Assembly: GCA_046754465.1 (NCBI GenBank)
Contig: JBHHVU010000047.1
Location: 1 to 24,462 of the forward strand
Origin: Nitrospinaceae bacterium
GTDB lineage: Bacteria; Nitrospinota; Nitrospinia; Nitrospinales; VA-1
Direction of reading: 5' to 3'
DNA length: 24,462 nt
A model generated the notes under the pieces. It saw only the letters and a list, made by a program, of their open reading frames with translations. It made no database searches and was not told the origin of the DNA. This document shows positions 7,241 through 16,444 of the stretch, in pieces. Numbering within the stretch: the stretch's first letter is position 1; each line of letters begins with the position of its first letter. Made by a program: the position numbers and the translations under genes.

Positions 7241-9559
7241 TCATGAAAGTTCCCGCATCAGCCGGGAAATTTCCTCCGCCTGTTCGCGGGGCGGGTTCAT
7301 GTCCAGTGCCTTCTGGAGATGTTCGCGGGCCAGGCCGAATTGCCGGGATTGGAGGAACAATTTTCCCAGGTTGATGCGTGCGTTCAGGAAATCCGGCTTC
7401 AACGCCAGGGTCCGTTCATAATATTTCCGGGCGGCGTTCCATTCTCCCGCCTGCTGGTGGTTCCAGCCGATCTGGTAATAGGCGGCGGGGTCGGGTCCGT
7501 TCAATGCGAGCCACTTCTCAAACTGCCGGGTCGATCGTTCCCAATGGCCCATCGTTTGATAGACCCGGGCGAGGTGAAACCGGGCGGGCTGGAAACGATC
7601 GTTCAACCGCAAACAGGTTTCGAACGACCGCTCCGCGTTTTCAAGATCGCCGGTGAGCAGATAGGCCAAGCCCAGGTTGTAATGGGCCGGAACCAGGGAG
7701 GGATCGTACCGGACGGCCCGTTGTAATTCGGCGATGGCTTCCCGGTAGCGGCCGGACTGGCCGTAAATCTGCCCCAGGTTGACGCGGGCGAGGGGGTAAT
7801 CCTCCCCTCCCCCGGCGGATCTCCGTTTTTCAATGGCGAGCCGGAAATGATCTTCCGCCGGACCCGATTTTCCCAATCGGGCGTAAACGGATCCAAGGCC
7901 CAAATGGGCCTCAAAATAATTCGGGTTCAACTTCAGGGCGATCCGGTACTCTTTCTCCGCGTCCTTCAATCGTCCTTGGTCCAGGTAAACCCCGGCGAGG
8001 TTGTAATGGGGTTCCGCGAAATCCGCCACCACCTGCATTTCCCCGTTGCCGGGAGCGGCCCGGCCCGGTCTCCCGCTTTCCCGCCGTCGCGTGTAGGCCT
8101 GGGGATCCCGGATATTATAGCGGGACCGGGCATAATCGCGGATATTCTCCCGGCTCATCTCGAAATGCTTGAGGGCCAGATCGATTTTCCCCTGTTCGTA
8201 ATAAGCCTTGCCCAGGTTGTTGTGCGTTCTGGGAGAAAGCGGGTTTTTTCGAACCGCGTCCCGCCACAACCGTTGCTCATCGATCCAATCCTCATTCCGA
8301 ACCACGGTGAGGCAGGCAAGCAGGGCCACCAGGGCCACCACGAACGGGAGCCGCCGCGGCGGGCGCATTCTGCTTGCCGCCCAAGCCGCGGCCATGCAAA
8401 GACCCAGTGTCATCGGTAGATACATACGGTGTTCCACCGCGAGGTCGTTCAACGGAACGATACTGGAAGTCGGCGCCAGGGTCACGAAGAACCAGGCCGC
8501 GCCCATCGTCACCCAAAGGCTGCCGCGTCCACGCACCCAAAAGATGATTCCCGCGATCACGGCAAAAGCCAGGGCGATTTGGGGGTCGGTAAAAAAGGTG
8601 CTGAAGGGATACCCGTTATCCACATTGAGGTTGATGGGATAAAAGAACAGCTTGAGGTAATAAAAAACGATCACCTTGATTTGAACCAGAAGGTAGGGAA
8701 TCCTTCCAAACAATTCCAATCCCTGGTCCTTTGGAGAATAAAGGATCCGGGGACCCAGGATAAGGAAAGCGGCGGTTAGGAATGCCATCACCGTCCCGCA
8801 AAGGAAAATCATTTTTTTGCGGGTGAAAAGTGACGAAAAATCCGGGAACCCGCCGGGACGGATGAAGGCCAGGTACCAGAGAGCCAGGATCAGCGGCAAA
8901 GTCACGGCGATGAGTTTGGAGGCCAGGGCGAAATAAAAACCCGCCACCGTGAACAACACCATCCCCGCCCGGCCCATCCGTTGGAACCTTCCCCCGCGAA
9001 TGGAGAAAATTCCCAGAAAAGCAAAGAGGGTCAACAGGTAAAAGAAAGTCGCGAGCAACGTGGAGCGGGAGGATATATAGGAAACGGAATCGGTGTTCAA
9101 GGGGTGAACCACAAACAGCAACGCCGCAAGAAACGGCAGATGCGGGGAGGATTTCCCTTCCCACCGCGAGGGCCTTGGGGTTCCTCCCGTACGGGAACAC
9201 GTTAACAAGTTCCGTGCCTTCACCAGCACCGTGAAAACCAGAATCGATACCCAGATATGCAGCAACAGGTTCAGCAAATGGAATCCGAACACTCTGTGCT
9301 TATGAAGGCTGTTATTGAAGGCGAACGTCCACAATAAAATTGGCCGGTTTTCGAATGCCTTGAGGTCAACCTGCTTTTCAAAGGCGTACAGACTGGATAT
9401 CCATTCCTTCTCGATCAGGTTCCGGTCATCGAACTGAAACGCCCCTCCGAGCGAATTGAAATAGAGGATCATGGAAAACAGGACCAGCAGAATCATGCAT
9501 TCCGTGTGGGTCCTGAGGTTTCTGGAGGGGACAACCGTGTTTGTGACCGCCGAAAGCAA
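7241..9559 (-). CDS. TMTC-like membrane glycosyltransferase with TPRs, paralog 1
   Basis: AFQFDD, NRP, FHLLNLLLH, HPLNTDSVSYISSRS, YLKLFFYPINLNVD, VEHRMYL, RNEDW and a long TPR array. Start uncertain (TTG 9559 or ATG 9496). Confidence 0.85.
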   Translation of the reverse strand: MLSAVTNTVVPSRNLRTHTECMILLVLFSMILYFNSLGGAFQFDDRNLIEKEWISSLYAFEKQVDLKAFENRPILLWTFAFNNSLHKHRVFGFHLLNLLLHIWVSILVFTVLVKARNLLTCSRTGGTPRPSRWEGKSSPHLPFLAALLFVVHPLNTDSVSYISSRSTLLATFFYLLTLFAFLGIFSIRGGRFQRMGRAGMVLFTVAGFYFALASKLIAVTLPLILALWYLAFIRPGGFPDFSSLFTRKKMIFLCGTVMAFLTAAFLILGPRILYSPKDQGLELFGRIPYLLVQIKVIVFYYLKLFFYPINLNVDNGYPFSTFFTDPQIALAFAVIAGIIFWVRGRGSLWVTMGAAWFFVTLAPTSSIVPLNDLAVEHRMYLPMTLGLCMAAAWAASRMRPPRRLPFVVALVALLACLTVVRNEDWIDEQRLWRDAVRKNPLSPRTHNNLGKAYYEQGKIDLALKHFEMSRENIRDYARSRYNIRDPQAYTRRRESGRPGRAAPGNGEMQVVADFAEPHYNLAGVYLDQGRLKDAEKEYRIALKLNPNYFEAHLGLGSVYARLGKSGPAEDHFRLAIEKRRSAGGGEDYPLARVNLGQIYGQSGRYREAIAELQRAVRYDPSLVPAHYNLGLAYLLTGDLENAERSFETCLRLNDRFQPARFHLARVYQTMGHWERSTRQFEKWLALNGPDPAAYYQIGWNHQQAGEWNAARKYYERTLALKPDFLNARINLGKLFLQSRQFGLAREHLQKALDMNPPREQAEEISRLMRELS

Positions 9560-9752
9560 TTGGAAAATGGGTGCTTAATTAGGAAATTGAGGAAATGTGT
9601 GACAAAACTCGACCGGATGTATGAAACTTATTGCAAAGGTCATTAATTATATAGTTAATACTTAAATTTAATTCCACCTTTATATTTACTTCGGCATAAA
9701 AGAAATGAATTTTTAGTACTTTTAAAATTTTTTAAATAAATGTATACTTTTT

Positions 9753-9781
9753 TTGATTTTTGGTGAAAATATGTATAAAAT
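9753..9781 (+). promoter_or_regulatory. Candidate sigma70 promoter for the sigma54 activator gene
   Basis: TTGATT, 17-nt spacer, TAAAAT, within a very AT-rich divergent intergenic region (9560-9838) where chance matches are likely. Confidence 0.4.
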
Positions 9782-9838
9782 TGTGTTTTGCCAAATGAAG
9801 AATATCAAAAACCTTACCCGCCATAACCAGGAAGACTG

Positions 9839-11329
9839 ATGAAACTTATTGATAATCAAGCAAATATTCAAGCCATCCGCAAGATATCCTCGCTGTTTAA
9901 AACGGCCTCCATGGAGGTGGATGAACTTTTGAGCATGGTCATCAACGTGGCGCGGGAAATTGTGGGGGCCAAGAATGCTTCTCTCCTTCTGGTCCAGGAC
10001 GATAAAACCAAAAAATTGCAATATTACCAGGCGTCGGGTGAAAATATGGGGCAGCTCAAGGACATCGAAATCCCGCCCGGCGTGGGGATTGCCGGAACGG
10101 TGTCCAAGACGGGAAAATCGATCATCTCCAATGATGCCCAAAACGATCCCCGTTGGTACAAAAAGGTCAATGAAGAAGGTCACAACCTGGTGGAATCCAT
10201 CGCCTGTTTTCCCCTGATTCTGGACAAAAGAGTGATCGGGGTCGTCCAGTTCCTGGACAAATACGATGGTAACGGATTTTCGGAAAGCAACGTGGAAATT
10301 CTCGAAAAATTTTCACGCCTGATCCCCAAGTTTTTCAAGGCCTCCAAAAGCCGTGTGGCGTTGGACGAGGAATTCTCCCGGCTGAAGGAAAAATACATGC
10401 GCCGGTACATGATCGTTGGCGAAAGCCAGGCCATCCAAAAATGCATTGCCCTGGCGGAGCGGCTGGCCGATTCCAAGGCGGCAGTGCTGCTGACGGGAGA
10501 AAGCGGGACCGGCAAGGAACTGTTCGCCCATTTGATCCACAACCAGGGACCCCGCCAGACCAAGCCCTTCATTTCGGTAAGTTGCGGCGCTCTCCCCGCG
10601 TCCATCCTCGAACGCGAATTGTTCGGTCATGAGAAGGGGGCCTTCACCAGCGCCGACACGACCCGGATTGGAGTCTTTGAAGCGGCCCACACCGGGACCC
10701 TGTTCCTGGATGAGATTGGGGAAATGCCTTCGGACATGCAGGTCAAGCTCCTGCGAGTGATCCAGGAAGAGGCCTTCAACCGCCTGGGGGCGACCGAAAC
10801 CATCAAGGTCGATGTCCGCATCATCTGCGCCACCAACCGCGATCTCGAACAAATGGTCCGCGATGGAGAGTTTCGCCAGGACTTGTATTATCGCATCAAC
10901 GTGATTGGGATCAAACTGCCGCCTTTGCGGGAAAGACGCGAGGACATCCCCGACCTCGTCACCTATTTTTTAAAAAAACACAACCCCGAGGGCAAGCCGC
11001 CCAAAAAAATCAATAAAAGCTTGGTGACCCACCTGATGGGTTATTCCTGGCCGGGCAACATCCGCGAGCTGGAAAATGCCATGGAGCGGGCCATCGTGCT
11101 TACCGACGGAAACGAACTCACCCCGGAAGCTTTTCCGTTTGAGTCCCAGCAAGCCCCGATCGATGTCAACGTTGGCTCTTCCTTGAAAGAAGCCAACGAC
11201 TCCTTCCGGCGCGCCTTCATCATGAACACCCTGAAATCCACCGCGGGCAACCGTACCAAGGCGGCCAAAATCCTCAACGTCCAGCGCTCTTATCTTTCCC
11301 GCCTGATCAAGGAACTCCAGATCGATTGA
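9839..11329 (+). CDS. GAF-domain sigma54-dependent transcriptional activator (GAF-AAA+-Fis HTH, NifA-like architecture)
   Basis: N-terminal GAF (GVGIAGTV..G..IISNDAQNDPRW), Walker A GESGTGKE, ELFGHEKGAFTSA, Walker B LFLDEIGE, FRQDLYYR, WPGNIREL and HTH GNRTKAAKILNV. Confidence 0.95.
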   Translation: MKLIDNQANIQAIRKISSLFKTASMEVDELLSMVINVAREIVGAKNASLLLVQDDKTKKLQYYQASGENMGQLKDIEIPPGVGIAGTVSKTGKSIISNDAQNDPRWYKKVNEEGHNLVESIACFPLILDKRVIGVVQFLDKYDGNGFSESNVEILEKFSRLIPKFFKASKSRVALDEEFSRLKEKYMRRYMIVGESQAIQKCIALAERLADSKAAVLLTGESGTGKELFAHLIHNQGPRQTKPFISVSCGALPASILERELFGHEKGAFTSADTTRIGVFEAAHTGTLFLDEIGEMPSDMQVKLLRVIQEEAFNRLGATETIKVDVRIICATNRDLEQMVRDGEFRQDLYYRINVIGIKLPPLRERREDIPDLVTYFLKKHNPEGKPPKKINKSLVTHLMGYSWPGNIRELENAMERAIVLTDGNELTPEAFPFESQQAPIDVNVGSSLKEANDSFRRAFIMNTLKSTAGNRTKAAKILNVQRSYLSRLIKELQID

Positions 11330-11491
11330 CCTTCATCCGAAATCCCGAATCCGTCCCTGGATTTTTGGTAGGATTCCAGGAGGCGGTCGGGTATCATATT
11401 CCGCCGGGAAGCGGTTTCTTCATTTAAGTGTTACCCGCAAAGGGATATCTTTGCCGGTTGGAAACCCATGTGGGAGGGTGTAAATTAAAGT

Positions 11492-12343
11492 ATGCCGATC
11501 ATTGACGGTAAAAAAGTCGCGGCGGAAATCCGGGAAAAAATCTCCCGGGAAGTGGAGGCCCTTAAAAGCCGGACCGGCAAGGTCCCCGGCCTCGCCACGG
11601 TGCTGGTGGGAGTGGACCCCGCCTCATCGGTCTACGTCCGCAACAAAAACAAGACCTGCCGGACGCTGGGTTTCGCTTCCTTCGAGCACCAGTTGGCGGA
11701 AAACACGCCGGAGGACACTCTGTTGTCGCTGGTGAGGGACCTGAACCGGAATGCCGAGGTCCACGGGATTCTCGTGCAGCTTCCGCTGCCCCGGCAGATC
11801 CATTCGCAAAAAGTTCTGACCATGATCGATCCCCGGAAAGACGTCGATGGGTTTCACCCGGCGAATATGGGACAATTGTTGGCCGGGAGGCCGCAATTGA
11901 CCCCATGCACCCCCGCGGGGATCATCGAACTGCTCGATCATTACCAGGTGGTAATCGAAGGCCGGAACGCCGTAGTGCTGGGCCGAAGCAACATCGTCGG
12001 CAAACCCGTGGCGCTTCTCCTGTTGCAACGCAACGCCACCGTAACCATCTGCCATTCCCGCACCCGGGACCTTCCCGCCGTCACTCGGACGGCCGACCTG
12101 TTGATCGCCGCGGTGGGAAAACCCGGATTCGTCACCGCCGATATGGTCCGCGAAGGGGCGGTGGTGATCGACGTCGGTATCAACCGGGTGGACGGAGCCC
12201 TGCAGGGAGATGTGGCCTTCGGGGAGGTCGAGAAAAAAGCTTCCCTTATCACCCCCGTTCCGGGGGGAGTCGGACCCATGACCATCGCCATGCTGATGGC
12301 GAACACCCTGAAAGCCTTTAAGGCAATGAACCCGCGCCCATGA
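11492..12343 (+). CDS. folD: Bifunctional methylenetetrahydrofolate dehydrogenase/cyclohydrolase
   Basis: IIDGK, YVRNK, GILVQLPLP, KDVDGFHP, PCTPAG, GRSNIVGKP, VIDVGINR, ITPVPGGVGPMT. Confidence 0.98.
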   Translation: MPIIDGKKVAAEIREKISREVEALKSRTGKVPGLATVLVGVDPASSVYVRNKNKTCRTLGFASFEHQLAENTPEDTLLSLVRDLNRNAEVHGILVQLPLPRQIHSQKVLTMIDPRKDVDGFHPANMGQLLAGRPQLTPCTPAGIIELLDHYQVVIEGRNAVVLGRSNIVGKPVALLLLQRNATVTICHSRTRDLPAVTRTADLLIAAVGKPGFVTADMVREGAVVIDVGINRVDGALQGDVAFGEVEKKASLITPVPGGVGPMTIAMLMANTLKAFKAMNPRP

Positions 12344-13734
12344 AAAACCCATCCGCATCCTTGGCTCCCGAAGCGGAATCTCCGCACATATACACCGTTT
12401 CCGAATTGACCCGCGGTATCCGTGGAGTTCTGGAGCACGCGTTCGACTCCGTTTGGATCGAGGGAGAGATCTCCAACCTGCGGGTTGCGGCCTCCCGCCA
12501 TGCCTATTTCGTCCTGAAGGATGAAAAATCACAAATTCGCTGCGTGCTCTTCAAGAACTTCCGGGCGGGACTCAAATACGAGCCGGAAGACGGGGACCAG
12601 GTCACCTTGTTCGGAAGAGTGACGGTGTACGATGCGCGGGGAGAGTACCAGATCATCGTCGAAACCCTGGAACCGTGCGGCTTGGGCGCCCTACAGAAAG
12701 CCTTCGAGCAGTTGAAAGCGAAACTGGCGGGGGAAGGTTTGTTCGACGAGGCGGTCAAGAAGCCTATTCCCGAATTTCCCTGGAAGGTGGGGGTTGTCAC
12801 ATCTCCGACGGGGGCGGCGATTCGCGATATCCTCAATATCATCCGCCGGAGGAACCCGAAGGTGGCGGTCCTGCTCCATCCGGTCAAGGTGCAGGGAGAA
12901 GGGGCCGCCGGGGAGATCGCCCAGGCCATCGGGGAAATGAACCGGTTGAAAGATGTGGATGTGCTGATCATAGGCCGGGGCGGCGGGTCCATCGAAGATC
13001 TCTGGGCCTTCAACGAGGAGGTGGTGGCGCGGGCGATTGCGGCCTCGCGAATTCCCGTCGTCTCCGCGGTGGGCCATGAAATCGATTTCACCATCGCCGA
13101 TTTCGCCGCGGACCTGCGGGCGCCGACCCCTTCCGCGGCGGCGGAACTCACCGTTCCGGTCTTGAAGGAAACGGTGAGCCGGATCGCTTCCCTCACCCGG
13201 CAGCTTTTGTCTTTAACCCGTGGGCGGATCGAGGATTACCGAATCCTTTTGCGGCATCTCATCGAGCGCAGGTTTTTTCGCGAACCCATGCAGATCCTGG
13301 TTCCCCTGGCGCAGCGGCTGGACGACTTGAATCTGCGGCTGGTCCGGGGATTGGACCAATGGGTCGTTATGCAGCGTCAGCGGCTGGGGGGCCGGGTGCG
13401 GCAACTCTTTCAGGCTTCCCCGGAAAAAAACCTCCGGCTCCTGGAAGAGAGGAGAGCGGCCCTGCATCACCGGCTGATTCAGAAGACCCTCTCATCGGTG
13501 CAGTTCGAGAAGCACCGGTTCGAGGGCATCCTCAAAAACCTGAATGCCCTCAATCCCCTGTCGATTCTCGAACGCGGTTACAGCATCTGCACGCTGGATG
13601 GGAAGGCCCTGAAATCCAGCACTGAAACCCGGACGGGAGACTCGGTCCGGGTGCGCCTGGCCCGGGGCGGGCTGGAATGCAGGGTGGAAAAAATCTTGGA
13701 CACGGACCGGACGTCCAATAAGAAAAATCTTTAA
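12340..13734 (+). CDS. xseA: Exodeoxyribonuclease VII large subunit
   Basis: YTVSEL, VWIEGEISN, HAYFVLKD, VTSPTGAAIRD, GRGGGSIEDLWAFNEE, SAVGHEIDFTIADF..DLRAPTPSAAAE, ILERGYS; ATGA overlap with folD. Confidence 0.98.
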   Translation: MKNPSASLAPEAESPHIYTVSELTRGIRGVLEHAFDSVWIEGEISNLRVAASRHAYFVLKDEKSQIRCVLFKNFRAGLKYEPEDGDQVTLFGRVTVYDARGEYQIIVETLEPCGLGALQKAFEQLKAKLAGEGLFDEAVKKPIPEFPWKVGVVTSPTGAAIRDILNIIRRRNPKVAVLLHPVKVQGEGAAGEIAQAIGEMNRLKDVDVLIIGRGGGSIEDLWAFNEEVVARAIAASRIPVVSAVGHEIDFTIADFAADLRAPTPSAAAELTVPVLKETVSRIASLTRQLLSLTRGRIEDYRILLRHLIERRFFREPMQILVPLAQRLDDLNLRLVRGLDQWVVMQRQRLGGRVRQLFQASPEKNLRLLEERRAALHHRLIQKTLSSVQFEKHRFEGILKNLNALNPLSILERGYSICTLDGKALKSSTETRTGDSVRVRLARGGLECRVEKILDTDRTSNKKNL

Positions 13735-13772
13735 TCCGAATGGTTCAATCCATTACTCGCATCGAGGGGGCC

Positions 13773-14021
13773 ATGGCCGAAATAAAATTTGAAAAGGCGA
13801 TGAAACGGCTGGAACAAATCGTCGAGGAACTGGAAAAAGGCGAACTGGATATCGATAAATCCCTGGAGATTTTTGAAGAAGGGATCAAGATGTCCCGCAT
13901 CTGTTCCAAAAAACTGGGCGAAGCCGAGGCCAAAATCGAAAAACTCACCAAGGACGAGAAAGGCGAACTGATCACCGAACTCTTTCCCGTGGAAGAAGAT
14001 GATGCCGAACGAGAGCCGTAA
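13773..14021 (+). CDS. xseB: Exodeoxyribonuclease VII small subunit
   Basis: KFEKAMKRLEQIVEELEKGELDIDKSLEIFEEGIK..L..AEAKI; SD gagggg before ATG 13773. Confidence 0.95.
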   Translation: MAEIKFEKAMKRLEQIVEELEKGELDIDKSLEIFEEGIKMSRICSKKLGEAEAKIEKLTKDEKGELITELFPVEEDDAEREP

Positions 14022-14813
14022 AATCCGGCTGGACCAACTGCTGGTAAAAAAAAACTCGTGGCCTCGCGGGAACGGGCGAGGGGACTCATCCTCGCGGGCA
14101 GGGTGCGGCTGGGAGACGCGGTGGTGGACAAACCCGGCCGCTTGGTGGCGGCGGATTGCCCCGTCACCGTGCGGGAAGACCTGCACCCCTACGTCAGCCG
14201 GGGCGGACTGAAACTGGAGCACGGCCTGAAGATCTTCAATATCTCGCCCGCCAATAAAATCGCGGCGGACATCGGCGCATCCACAGGGGGTTTCACCGAC
14301 TGCCTCCTGCAACAGGGCGCGAAAAAGGTTTATGCGGTGGACGTGGGCTATGGACAGCTCGATTGGAAATTGCAAAACGATCCCCGGGTGGTGATCCTCG
14401 ATCGAAAAAACGCCCGCACACTGGTCCCGGAAGATCTCGGTGAAACGGTGGACCTGGCGGTGATCGACGTGTCTTTCATCTCCCTCAAGCTGGTCCTCCC
14501 CCCGGTCCTGAAGATCCTCCGCCGGGACGGTGACCTCATCGCCCTGGTCAAACCCCAGTTTGAAGTGGGAAAAGGGGAAGTCGAAAACAAAGGCATCATC
14601 AAAAACCGCGAAAAACATCTCAAGGTCCTTCTCGGTGTGGCGGCCTTTGCCCAGGAACAGGGATGGGTTCTTCACGGACTGACCGCCTCGCCCATCACCG
14701 GACAAAAAGGAAACCGGGAATTCCTGATTTATTGTATCGCCCGCCACCGCGGAGAGGCGGTGAGCGAGGAAAAAATTCGCGCCGAGGTTTTCGTTTTCAA
14801 TCCCGAAAATTGA
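13999..14813 (+). pseudogene. tlyA: TlyA-family rRNA 2'-O-methyltransferase (S4 + FtsJ-like), frameshifted as assembled
   Basis: The N-terminus KIRLDQLLVKK (from ATG 13999/14002) is in a different frame from ASRERARGLILAGRV..YVSRGGLKL..DIGASTGGFTDCLL..DVSFISL..LVKPQFE..GNREF. The junction is an A9 run (14046-14054); one more A restores a single ORF. May be a sequencing error. Confidence 0.85.
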
Positions 14814-14842
14814 ACCCCGCCAATTCAAACGAGGGTGTTTCC

Positions 14843-15415
14843 ATGATTCTTAGCGGCTCTGATATTCGAAAAGTTTTACGGGACGGACTGCTGATCATCG
14901 ATCCGCTTCCCGAGGAAGATCAAATCGACACCACGTCGGTCGATCTGCGAATGGGCGAACCGTTGTGGATGTGGAGTCCGGAGTTGATCCGAAGGAACGG
15001 TCCCGGACTTCGGGTCGATGTGGACCGGTTCAATTTCAAGGAACTTTCGGAACGGTATATGGTGGAAACGCCGAAGGAGGAAAGCGGGAAATACCTCATC
15101 AAACCCCAGACCGTTTACCTGGCGTCGACCTTCGAGAAGGTGGAGCTTCCGACCGGGTCGAGGCTGGCGGCGCGGATCGAGGGAAAGAGCAGTCTGGCCC
15201 GATTGGGCCTGGCGGTGCACATCACCGCGCCGACGATTCACTGCGGTTCGGGACCGGGCACCATCACCCTGGAGATCTTCAACCACGGACCGTTCGCCAT
15301 CGACGTCACACCGGGGGTATCGCGCCTCTGCCAATTGATCCTCGAGGAAGTCTCCAGCGAACCCCAGCAGCGCACCGGCCGCATCTTCATGGAACAGAAA
15401 ACCCCGAAAGGATAG
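14843..15415 (+). CDS. dcd: dCTP deaminase
   Basis: MILSGSDI, SVDLR, RIEGKSSLARLGL, ITLEIFN, CQL; SD gaggg before ATG 14843. The ORF-track start at 14663 is over-extended. Confidence 0.9.
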   Translation: MILSGSDIRKVLRDGLLIIDPLPEEDQIDTTSVDLRMGEPLWMWSPELIRRNGPGLRVDVDRFNFKELSERYMVETPKEESGKYLIKPQTVYLASTFEKVELPTGSRLAARIEGKSSLARLGLAVHITAPTIHCGSGPGTITLEIFNHGPFAIDVTPGVSRLCQLILEEVSSEPQQRTGRIFMEQKTPKG

Positions 15416-15629
15416 CAAACTATTTTTGGAAAATGCGGAATCTGTTCACAGGTTTGAATAAATTAAGGGCACCTCTAAAAATTGCTTTGGGCCATGAGCG
15501 GTCCTTATAAAATAAGGGCCAGCGAGTTGCCTGAAAGAAAAATATCGGATTATTAGAGGTCCTCTTAAAATTTCCTCGACCTCGAAAAGGCAATTAGGGC
15601 ATTTCATGAAAATCGGCGGGATAGGATAG

Positions 15630-16301
15630 TCACCGAAGATTTCGGACGGCTCGAACACCGCTGTTAAGGCACATGGTCAACCGGTGCAAACGGACCATGC
15701 CGTTTACGAAATATACTGACTTGGCACAACAATCGGTATATTGGGATGCGGTTACATTGCTGGACCAAAACAAGTAAGCCGCGCCCGGGCTGAATTTTTT
15801 ATCCAGGGCCAGCGGGTATGCCGGATCGCGGTCCCATCCCAAAAAATTATTTTTGGTGAGGTCAAAGATACTCAACAGCTCTTTTACGGTCGGCAAACGC
15901 CAATCGCTGTACCCCGCCGTTCCCAAGTTTTTTACATAATCAACCGATTCCTTATAATTCAAGCACCTTCCAAGCGCCGCATAACTGTCGACCTTTGTCC
16001 ACATTAACCGTGAATCAAAATCCGTTATGGTTCCATCGTCATTGTCTACAAGGTTTTGTTTCGATGGAGGCGGGGGTAAAGGAGAAACATAAGGAGGACT
16101 TATGTACGGTTCCCCCGGTCCAAAATCCTCGATACCCGCAAAACTTTTTAATGGAAAAACACATAAAAAAAATAACGTCATGCTTAAAATTATTTCCAAC
16201 CCATCGGGTTTTATCCGATACCCTGGAATGAAGTTATATCTCCGTATTGGTTTAATCAAAGGAAAATTTGATGACTTAATAGAATGGAAGTTTATCGGCA
16301 T
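15630..16301 (-). CDS. DUF1566 (Lcl C-terminal-like) exported protein
   Basis: DNDDGTITD..SRLMW, GYSDWRLPTVKELLSI, FWSS and terminal VRAVR; a hydrophobic stretch and a Pro-rich linker precede the domain. The start may be ATG 16181. Confidence 0.85.
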   Translation of the reverse strand: MPINFHSIKSSNFPLIKPIRRYNFIPGYRIKPDGLEIILSMTLFFLCVFPLKSFAGIEDFGPGEPYISPPYVSPLPPPPSKQNLVDNDDGTITDFDSRLMWTKVDSYAALGRCLNYKESVDYVKNLGTAGYSDWRLPTVKELLSIFDLTKNNFLGWDRDPAYPLALDKKFSPGAAYLFWSSNVTASQYTDCCAKSVYFVNGMVRLHRLTMCLNSGVRAVRNLR

Positions 16302-16444
16302 TATTTGATCGGTGCCTCAGCTCTTATAATAAGAGGCTCACTGGCCCGTTTAAATTCCTCAAACTGTTCCAGGTCTGAGTGTATGGGACTGAGTCCAAAA
16401 AGGTAATTTTTAATCTTTTTTCATTATGCTATTATTTTTTCATT

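Noticed and set aside
3497..9205. Many alternative-frame and antisense ORFs within the TMTC genes (e.g. 5251-6042, 5942-6928, 7847-8419)
   Set aside because: Shadow ORFs expected from high-GC codon bias; they lie wholly inside well-supported genes.
9597..9612. tgtga-N6-tcgac as a CRP/FNR-like site
   Set aside because: The second half-site matches poorly; likely chance.
9839..11329. Calling the activator nifA
   Set aside because: GAF-AAA-HTH architecture is shared by many activators, and there are no nif genes nearby.
11624..14828. Long antisense ORFs 11624-12532, 12504-13196 and 13731-14828
   Set aside because: Antisense shadows of folD, xseA, xseB and tlyA.
15446..15658. 70-aa minus ORF (or 53 aa from MKCPNC at 15607)
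   Set aside because: Single CxxC with no second pair, no SD, and overlap with the DUF1566 stop; cannot be supported, though a small gene or remnant is not excluded.
15721..15737. TGGCAC as a sigma54 -24 element
   Set aside because: No TTGC at -12, and it lies inside a CDS.
15630..16301. DUF1566 gene as a diversity-generating retroelement target
   Set aside because: No reverse transcriptase and no template-repeat copy of its 3' end seen in the window.
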